Positions 54,960 to 64,000 of a stretch of 64,000 nt of DNA are shown one piece after another. The DNA is from Eledone cirrhosa. Lineage: Eukaryota. The DNA lies in the NCBI GenBank assembly GCA_964016885.1, contig OZ024740.1:413478001-413542000 (forward strand), in the 5' to 3' direction. Under the pieces are notes generated by a model, which saw only the letters and a program-made list of their open reading frames with translations, was not told the DNA's origin and made no database searches. The position numbers and the translations under genes were made by a program. Every line of letters starts with the position of its first letter. Position 1 is the first letter of the stretch.

Positions 54960-57900
54960 AGTTGCATTTATCTTGCTTTATGTTCATACGAGTTATCACC
55001 AAGTCACAACCAGTGACCTCAAGAGACAACAAGGTCCGCCATGTTCAAGAAAGAACATACATACTCACACATGCATCTATAATGTTTAGACTTGTGATGT
55101 ACTTATATTGACAGAATCTTCCTTAGTATATGGGCAGTTCCCATTAGTACTATCTTTTGTATTTCTCCTATAGGCGGGTTTCCTGGGATCTGCGATAAGT
55201 AATCATTAGACCCCTTAGGTATCATTCCCAGAGCGCCTACAACCACTGGTATTGTTTTAGTTCTCAATTTCCACATTTTTCCAATTTCTATCTCCAGGTC
55301 CTTATACTTGCTCAATTTTTCAAATGTTTTTATAGATACATTCTTGTCTATTGGAACAGACATATCAATTAGCAGGCATACCCTCTTTTTAAAGTCCTTC
55401 AATATTATATCAGGTCTATTTGCATCTATTTTTCGGTCTGTTTGGATGCTAAAGTTCCACAAGATTGAGATGTGATCTTTTTCAAGTATGGGAGGTGGTT
55501 GATGCTCCCACCAATTCTTTTGATGGGGCAGGTCAAAATGCTTACACATTATCCAATGTATGTATTGTGCAGCTCTGTCATGCCTGTTTAGGTATTCGGT
55601 TGGAGCTATAGGACTGCACATTGAAATTATATGGTCAATGGTCTCTGGTTGTTTTTTGCATACACGGCATAATGGGCTGCATCCATTTTTTATTATGTTG
55701 GCTTGGTAATTTTTTGTTGGCAGACACTGATCTTGTGCTGATATAATCAGTCCTTCAGTCTCCGATTTCAGTCCAGAGGATGCCAACCACTGATGCTTTA
55801 AAGTTTTGTCAACATCAGGATTGTTAGCTCGCTCTGGGTATTTTCCATACAGAGGCTTTTCTTGCCATTTCTTAGCCAGTTTCTGTAGCAGTTCTTTCTT
55901 TGCAGTTACTTTTACCTGCTTTGCTTTTTCTGTGTTTTCCATTTCAGCAGTAAATGGGACTTCTGAAATTTGTAGCCCATTACTGTATCTTTGTGCCTCT
56001 TTTGTAATGGAATATGATCTTTTGATGCTTTCGTGTTTCAAAACGTGTTTGATCATCCAATCATGTGATTCCCTTAGATATGTAGATAATCCAATTGTTG
56101 CAGTTTTCAACGCAATGTCTAACTGGATTAACCCACGTCCTCCTTCTTTCCTAGGGAGATATATTCTATCTATATCTGCCTTAGGGTGATGCATTCTGTG
56201 CATGGTTAAGAATTTTCGAATTTTTGTATCGAGCCTACGGATCTCTGTGCTTGACCAGTTGATGACATTGTAACTGTAGGTTACTACTGGTATGGCAAGC
56301 GTGTTTATGGCATCGATCCTATTACTTGCATTCAATTCCGTTCTTAAGATTGCTCTTACTCTGCGGTAACATTCCTTCCTTATCCTTTCCCTCATTGTCG
56401 AATGCTTGATTCCGTCTCCTTCACAAACACCAAGATATTTGTAAGATTTTTCTTGATCAAGTTCTCTTATCACGTTCCCCCGATCAAGATTAATGTCTGA
56501 ACTCCTCAGCAGTTTTCCTCTGGTGAACGTTGCTTTGGCGCATTTATCTCGTCCAAACTCCATTTTAATGTCATCACTGAACTGCTCCACAGTGGATAGT
56601 AGCCCTTGCAATTGTTAATCATTTTTTGCAAATAGTTTGCAGGTCATCCATGTAGAACAGGTGATTAATGGTTTTGTCATAGACTTTATATCCATGTTTT
56701 GTTTCATTGAGCATTTTACTTAATGGTATAAGTGCGATGCAGTATAAAAGCGGTGATAAAGAGTCACCCTGAAAAATTCCACAATTAATATTAACTTCTC
56801 CAGCTTCCAGTGATTTTGTTTCACTATTAAAAAGGAGTGTCGTTTTCCATGTCTTCATACTGAATGACAAAAACCTCCTGACAACGGAGGATATTTTGAA
56901 AATCTCTAAACATTTTTCAATCCAACTGTGTGGCAAACTATCGAATGCTTAATTATAATCTATCCAAGCAATCGATAGATTTTTGTGTCTATTATGACAA
57001 TCTTCCAGTATCATTTTGTTAACCAGAAGCTGATCCTTACAGCCATATGAGCCTCGTTTACACCCTTTCTGCTCAATGGGAAATAGGTCATTTGTTATCA
57101 GGTGGTCATATGTGTATTCAGTTAGGACTGATGTTAACATTTTATACATTGTGGTCAAGCAAGCTATCGGTCTGTAATTTTTGGGATTGTTTGTCTCATC
57201 ATTCTTCGGAAGCTGGAATGTAATGCCGTTAACTAGCCATGATGGTATCTTTTCTGGCTCCTTAACTATTTCATTTTAAAGTTGGGCTAACAGCTCATGA
57301 GACTCTGGGAAGGCATTTATCCAAAAATTTTGTATTTTGTCTTTTCCTGGGGATTTCCATTTGCTGGTTTTTCTTAGAGCCAAGCGCAACTGTTCAACTG
57401 TTATATTTTCCCATATTTGTTCCTCAAGGTGAGCTGTATCTTTCATTTGTCTGTCTATACATGGGGCATGTATGTTATGAACTTTTTCTTCGGCCCAGAT
57501 CTTTTCCCAGAATTCTTGCACTTTCTCCTTGGGTGGTATTGATTTAGCAGTTATTGTTGACTTACCAATTTTTCTGTAGAAGTTTCTTTGGTTGTTTTTG
57601 AACATATTATTGTCCTTATAGAATCTAGATCGTTTTTCAAAGCGCCTTATACGAGCAGCTTTGGCCGACACTTTTTGCTTGATTATTTCTATCAGCATGT
57701 CTATGTCACATGTTGATTTTATACTGTACTTTTTTGTCAATTTTCTAAGTTTAGTTTGTTTAACATGTTCACCTACTTTATAATTTGTTAAAATTTCTAT
57801 GTCAGATCGGAGAAGGTTTATTTGGCGATTGATGTTCTCTTGCCAAGTAGATTTCTTGTGGGAATTCCTTTGTTTTTTCATCTTCACTCCACATAAGTGA

Positions 57901-58303
57901 GTGGTGACTTTAGCCGATGCATAATAGAGATGATTTAAATCAGTAATGTTTAGTTTGTTTGTGATGATAATGTTTTTGAGAATTTTGTTAGTCTTGTGTA
58001 TTATCTTTTGGTTCTGTTTGGAGTTCTGGATATTAGGGAGGGTGTCTCGTTGCCCCATGTCAGATTCTTTCATTTTCATCCATTCGATCATAATTTCATC
58101 CTTCAAGGTGGCAAGTTCATTCTCATTCATTTCTTTATCATTTACGATCTCATTATTTTCATTTGGAGTTTCATCCTGAGCATGCACTCCCTCCACTTTT
58201 TCGATCCTTTCTTTAATTTGTTCTGTTGCCAGTGATTCCGCCCCAACCCTGGGGTACGAAGTGTTACAGTTTACCTCGTTTTCACTGACACATGTTTCAT
58301 TTT
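54959..58303 (-). mobile_element. R4/Dong-clade non-LTR retrotransposon copy A, 5'-truncated and disrupted
   Basis: Fragments give WKSPGKD, EQKGC, WIDY-*AFD, GIFQGDSLSP, YMDD, YKYLG, CRVC...HIISMC, RPDIIL...IDMSVP and KLSKYKDL. It has a (TAA)n tail. Homology to copy B stops at 58303. Confidence 0.92.
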
Positions 58304-58310
58304 TATTATT

Positions 58311-58359
<49 letters not shown>
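58304..58359. repeat. (TTA)n tract: tail of copy B and 5' junction of copy A
   Basis: Read directly from the sequence. Confidence 0.95.
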
Positions 58360-58360
<1 letters not shown>

Positions 58361-61300
58361 AGTTGCATTTATCTTGCTTTATGTTCATACGAGTTATCAC
58401 CAAGTCACAACCAGTGACCTCAAGAGACAACAAGGTCCGCCATGTTCAAGAAAGAACATACATACTCACACATGCATTTTTAGGGTTTAGACTTGTAATG
58501 TACTTATATTGACAGAATCTTCCCTAGTATATGGGCAGTTCCCATTAGTAATATCTTTTGTATTTCTCCTATACGCGGGTTTCCTGGGATTTGCGATAAG
58601 TAATCATTAACCCCTTAGGTATCATTCCCAGAACGCCTACAACCACTGGTATTGTTTTAGTTCTCAATTTCCACATTTTTCCAATTTCTATCTCTAGGTC
58701 CTTATACTTGCTCAATCTTTCAAATGTTATTATAGATACATTCTTGTCTATTGGAACAGACATATCAATTAGCAGGCATACCCTCTTTTTAAAGTCCTTC
58801 AATATTATATCAGGTCTATTTGCATCTATTTTTCGGTCTGTTTGGATGCTAAAGTTCCACAAGATTGAGATGTGATCTTTTTCAAGTATGGGAGGTGGTT
58901 GATGCTCCCACCAATTCTTTTGATGGGGCAGGTCAAAATGCTTACACATTATCCAATGTATGTATTGTGCAGCTCTGTCATGCCTGTTTAGGTATTCGGT
59001 TGGAGCTATAGGACTGCACATTGAAATTATATGGTCAATGGTCTCTGGTTGTTTTTTGCATACACGGCATAATGGGCTGCATCCATTTTTTATTATGTTG
59101 GCTTGGTAATTTTTTGTTGGCAGACACTGATCTTGTGCTGATATAATCAGTCCTTCAGTCTCCGATTTCAGTCCAGAGGATGCCAACCACTGATGCTTTA
59201 AAGTTTTGTCAACATCAGGATTGTTAGCTCGCTCTGGGTATTTTCCATACAGAGGCTTTTCTTGCCATTTCTTAGCCAGTTTCTGTAGCAGTTCTTTCTT
59301 TGCAGTTACTTTTACCTGCTTTGCTTTTTCTGTGTTTTCCATTTCAGCAGTAAATGGGACTTCTGAAATGTGTAGTCCATTACTGTATCTTTGTGCATCT
59401 TTTGTAATGGAATATGATCTTTTGATGCTTTCGTGTTTCAAAACGAGTTTGATCATCCAATCCTGTGATTCCCTTAGATATGTAGATAATCCAATTGTTG
59501 CAGTTTTCAACGCAATGTCTAACTGGATTAACCCACGTCCTCCTTCTTTCCTAGGGAGATATATTCTATCTATATCTGCCTTAGGGTGATGCATTCTGTG
59601 CATGGTTAAGAATTTTCGAATTTTTGTATCGAGCCTACGGATCTCTGTGCTTGACCAGTTGATGACATTGTAACTGTAGGTTACTACTGGTATGGCAAGC
59701 GTGTTTATGGCATCGATCCTATTCCTTGCATTCAATTCCGTTCTTAAGATTGCTCTTACTCTGCGGTAACATTCCTTCCTTATCCTTTCCCTCATTGTCG
59801 AGTGCTTGATTCCGTCTCCTTCACAAACACCTAGATATTTCTAAGATTTTTCTTGATCAAACTCCCTCATCACGTTCCCCCGATCAAGATTAATGTCTGA
59901 ACTCCTCAGCAGTTTTCCTCTGGTGAACGTTGCTTTGGCGCATTTATCTAGTCCAAACTCCATTTTAATGTCATCACGGAACTGCTCCACAGTGGATAAT
60001 AGCCCTTGCAATTGTTAATCATTTTTTGCAAATAGTTTCAGGTCATCCATGTAGAACAAGTGATTAATGGTTTTGTCATAGACTTTATATCCAAGTTTTG
60101 TTTCATTGAGCATTTTACTTAATGGTATAAGTGCGATGCAGTATAAAAGCGGTGATAAAGAGTCACCCTGAAAAATTCCACAATTAATATTAACTTCTCC
60201 AGCTTCCAGTGATTTTGTTTCACTATTCAAAAGGAGTGTCGTTTTCCATGTCTTCATACTGAATGACAAAAACCTCCTGACGACGGGGGATATTTTGAAA
60301 ATCTCTAAATATTTTTCAATCCAACTGTGTGGCAAACTATCGAATGCTTATTTATAATCTATCCAAGCAATCGATAGATTTTTGTGTCTATTATGACAAT
60401 CTTCCAGTATCATTTTGTTAACCAAAAGCTGATCCTTACAGCCATATGAGCCTCGTTTACACCCTTTCTGCTCAATGGGAAATAGGTCATTTGTTATCAG
60501 GTGGTCATATGTGTATTCAGTTAGGACTGATGTTAACATTTTATACATTGTGGTCAAGCAAGCTATCGGTCTGTAATTTTTGGGATTGTTTGTCTCATCA
60601 TTCTTCGGAAGCTGGAATGTAATGCCGTTAACTAGCCATGATGGTATCTTTTCTGGCTCCTTAACTATTTCATTTTAAAGTTGGGCTAACAGCTCATGAG
60701 ACTCTGGGAAGGCATTTATCCAAAAATTTTGTATTTTGTCTTTTCCTGGGGATTTCCATTTGCTGGTTTTTCTTAGAGCCAAGCGCAACTGTTCAACTGT
60801 TATATTTTCCCATATTTGTTCCTCAAGGTGAGCTGTATCTTTCATTTGTCTGTCTATACATGGGGCATGTATGTTATGAACTTTTTCTTCGGCCCAGATC
60901 TTTTCCCAGAATTCTTGGTGGTATTGATGTAGCAGTTATTGTTGACTTACCAATTTTTCTGTAGAAGTTTCTTTGGTTGTTTTTGAACATATTATTGTCC
61001 TTATAGAATCTAGATCGTTTTTCAAAGCACCTTATACGAGCAGCTTTGGCCGACACTTTTTGCTTGATTATTTCTATCAGCATGGATTGGGCGGTGGATT
61101 GGCAGTATCGGTAGAGGCTCGGATGCCATGCTTTGACGCATAGAGTTACGGCCCTTGCCATTCTGAGCTCAAATCTCGCCGAGGTTAACTTTGCCTTTCA
61201 TCCTTACGGGGTCGATAAAATAAAGTATCAGTAATACACTGGGTATTTGCTGGCCTTGTGCCAATAATAGAAACAATTATTTCTATCAGCATGTCTATGT

Positions 61301-62530
61301 CACATGTTGATTTTATACTGTACTTTTTTTTCAATTTTCTAAGTTTAGTTTGTTTAACATGTTCACCTACTTTATAGTTTGTTAAAATTTCTATGTCAGA
61401 TCGGAGAAGGTTTATTTGGCGATTGATGTTCTCTTGCCAAGTAGATTTCTTGTGGGAATTCCTTTGTTTGTTCATCTTCACTCCACATAAGTGAGTGGTG
61501 ACTTTAGCCGATGCATAATAGAGATGATTTAAATCAGTAATGTTTAGTTTGTTTGTGATGATAATGTTTTTGAGAATTATGTTAATCTTGTGTATTATCT
61601 TTTGGTTCTGTTTGGAGTTCCGGATTTTAGGGAGAGTCTCCCGTTGCCCCATGTCAGATTCTTTCATTTTCATCCATTCGATCATAATTTCATCCTTCAA
61701 GTTGGCAAGTTCATTCTCATTCATTTCTTTATCACTTACGATCTCATTATTTTCATTTGGGGTTTCATCTCGAGCATGCACTCCCTCCACTTTTTCGATC
61801 CTTTCTTTAATTTGTTCTGTTGCCAGTGATTCCGCCCCAGCCCTGGGATTCGAAGTGTTACAATTTACCTCGTTTTCACTGACACATGTTTCATTTTCCC
61901 TTCGCTGACTTTGTGCTAATAGCTTGATCTGATCAATTTCTATATCAGTTAGTAACTTTGTTTTACAATATTTCTTCGTTTATTGGCTAGTTTGTTACTG
62001 TCAATATAGCCTCTGTTTTCGGTATGTTTCTTTTTCCAGTTGATATATGTCTGTTCTGTATTCGATGTATTTGATGGGTAGTACATGGCAGTGTAGAAAG
62101 CCTCAAGGACTTCTTTATTATCTTCCCTTGACCATTTTTCTCTCTTTTTCTTTGGATTTCTTGGTGGTGAGCATGGAGGGCCAACAGTAGGAGTATTCCG
62201 GTTATGGGAGGTCTCCAGCTCCGAAGTGATGGGAAGGTTTGAACCATTAGCTGATTTTTCGACCCCAGTCTGGTTCCTCTCTGAGGGACGCGGCCCTTTT
62301 TTACCCGGGTGACGGCAGATCCTGTATGAGATTTTATAATTAGACATTTACTTTATTTTGTCGCGTTTTATCCTTATCCGCCAAGGGGTAATCATTTCGT
62401 GTTACCACTTCTAGAACAAGTGTCAACCAAGACTAGAGGGGTCGTTCTCCCTTAGAGACACGGCTATTCTCCGCCGGCCGCCATCCCGGTATTTCTTGGT
62501 CACGGGGTTTTCTTTTTTGTTGTCTTTTTA
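58360..62530 (-). mobile_element. R4/Dong-clade copy B, near full length, disrupted, with a SINE insertion
   Basis: ATG at 62347. N-terminal REKWSREDNKEVLEAFY domain, then the same RT, zinc-finger and RLE motifs as copy A. It has stops, a 14-nt deletion at ~60917 and a 1-nt deletion at ~58610. The 5' boundary is approximate. Confidence 0.9.
61085..61275 (+). mobile_element. tRNA-derived SINE with 18-bp target-site duplication
   Basis: ATTATTTCTATCAGCATG occurs at 61067-61084 and 61276-61293. The empty site is visible in copy A at ~57682-57699. Confidence 0.95.
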
Positions 62531-62600
62531 AATTGTTATTATCATGAGTGGTTCCTTAATGTGAGCATTCCGTGGCTTAAGAATGAAATTATTAATAATT

Positions 62601-62643
62601 GTCTCCACTCCAGGCACAAGGCCAGCAATCACCCAGTGCATTA
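62601..62643 (-). mobile_element. Short 3' fragment of the same SINE
   Basis: AGGCACAAGGCCAGCAATCACCCAGTGCATTAC matches 3510-3542. Confidence 0.7.
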
Positions 62644-63465
62644 CAATAATATAATATACTTTTTGCTGAAGTTGCCTGTTATTGTTGTTGGCTATGCCGG
62701 TGGTGGTGCTGGAGCTTTTTTATATTGTTGGTGAGGAAGGGGAAGCCAGCAGTGCCATAGTTGTTGCGTTTGGCCGGTGGCCAGGTCACTAAGTCAATCT
62801 ATTTATATCTTTTGCTAGCCTCTCCCTTGTCTAGTGATACCGCCACCTTCCCCTTTCTTAAGTTAACAGGGGAATAGTGGTGGTAGCAATGATGGATGGA
62901 GTGGTGGCGACGGTGGCGTTGTCGTTACTGAGTTTTGTTAAATAGACTAGTTTTGTTTGATCTGTAGTATCTATGCGTTTCTGTCGCGTATGTTAATATA
63001 TGTGTTGACATATTCTCTTAATATTGGATTTAAACATTTTGTTAAAACTTGACACAATAATAATAGTAATTATGATGCTGGGATTGGTGGTGGCGGTGGT
63101 GGAATTGCCGTTATCTGGCTGTTATATTTAATGTACACAGCGGGGTGATGGGGTAGGTGGTGTATCTAGTTTCTGGTGTTGGTGAACTTGCTGTTATTTG
63201 GCTGTTCTATATAGTGTAGACAGAGGGGTTTTCTTCCATTTATAACCATTTTCTTTTTTGAATATAAAATATATGATACAAAATTGAATATTTGAGCGAT
63301 ATAACAATATATTATGGATCCGAATTTTATGAGACTTGATTCGGTGATTTATGCATCGTTTGTACAAAGAATTGTTATTTCACAATTGATTTAAATATGT
63401 TAAAAATCAAAAACTTACGGGAGCGATTTTATGACCTTCTACCACCACGTGCGTCTTCTTCCCTA

Positions 63466-63522
<57 letters not shown>

Positions 63523-63529
63523 GTTATTA
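63466..63529. repeat. (ATT)n tract, tail of a third R4-like element
   Basis: Read directly from the sequence. Confidence 0.95.
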
Positions 63530-64000
63530 CTCTTTCAGTCTCAGTCATTGATGTTAGTTAACTGGAAAGTTTGTTGAAATGAATATCAAGCCACTACCTG
63601 CAGCCTCAGATATTCAGGACGTATCGGAGGGTTCTTGGTGTTCCCAGCAAGCATGCCTTTTGAAGCGTTCAAAAAAGCGTGAAGGGGCCAATTTTCTTTA
63701 ACCATCCCTGGAAACTTTTGGAGATAGTGCCTAGTGCGCCTATGGCAATCGGGATCACTTTGACTTCATGGCAGTTCCAAATCCTTTTTACCTCCCACTT
63801 TAAGTCCTGGTATCGGTTAATTTTCTCCCTCTCCTTCTCTTGCACTCTCGTGTCGAATGGGCAGGCCACATCCACAATCAGGCACGATCTTTTTTCTTTG
63901 TCCTAAACCACCAGGTCAGGTCTATCGTATTCCAGTTTCTTGTCCGTCTGTATCCTAAAATCCCACAGCACCTTCACCTGATCGTTTTCTATCACCGACT
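63530..64000 (-). mobile_element. 3' end of a different R4/Dong-like element (RLE domain); continues beyond the window
   Basis: Minus-strand translation gives VLWDFRIQTDKKLEYDRPDLVV*, VDVACPFD, KINRYQDL, IPIAIGALG and QKACLLGT, followed by a short 3' UTR and (TAA)n. Confidence 0.88.

Noticed and set aside
56616-60676. Shared TAA stops as programmed recoding sites (A-to-I editing to Trp)
   Set aside because: The conserved motif needs Lys (DYKKAFD), not Trp, and each copy has additional frameshifts.

Overview
Eukaryotic, repeat-only DNA with no recognisable host gene. The SINE families and microsatellite load suggest an animal, most likely an octopus (inference). Bases 1-~34515 are a 37-bp AT-rich satellite whose monomer can fold into a hairpin. 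It has nested higher-order duplications (~3.3, ~6.4 and ~26 kb) and carries 11 co-amplified copies of one tRNA-type SINE insertion. Bases ~34.5-48.8 kb hold decayed mariner, R4/Dong-type and CRE-type elements, SINE relics, a second unrelated 37-bp minisatellite, microsatellites and three minimal hammerhead-ribozyme motifs, two of them forming a 127-nt foldback. Bases 48.9-64 kb are a cluster of non-LTR retrotransposons on (TTA/TAA)n tracts. One full-length Tx1/L1-clade element (+) has open ORF1 and ORF2 but a catalytic Asp->Asn change. Two head-to-tail R4/Dong-clade elements (-) share three stop codons, and the 3' end of a third R4-like element lies at the window edge.
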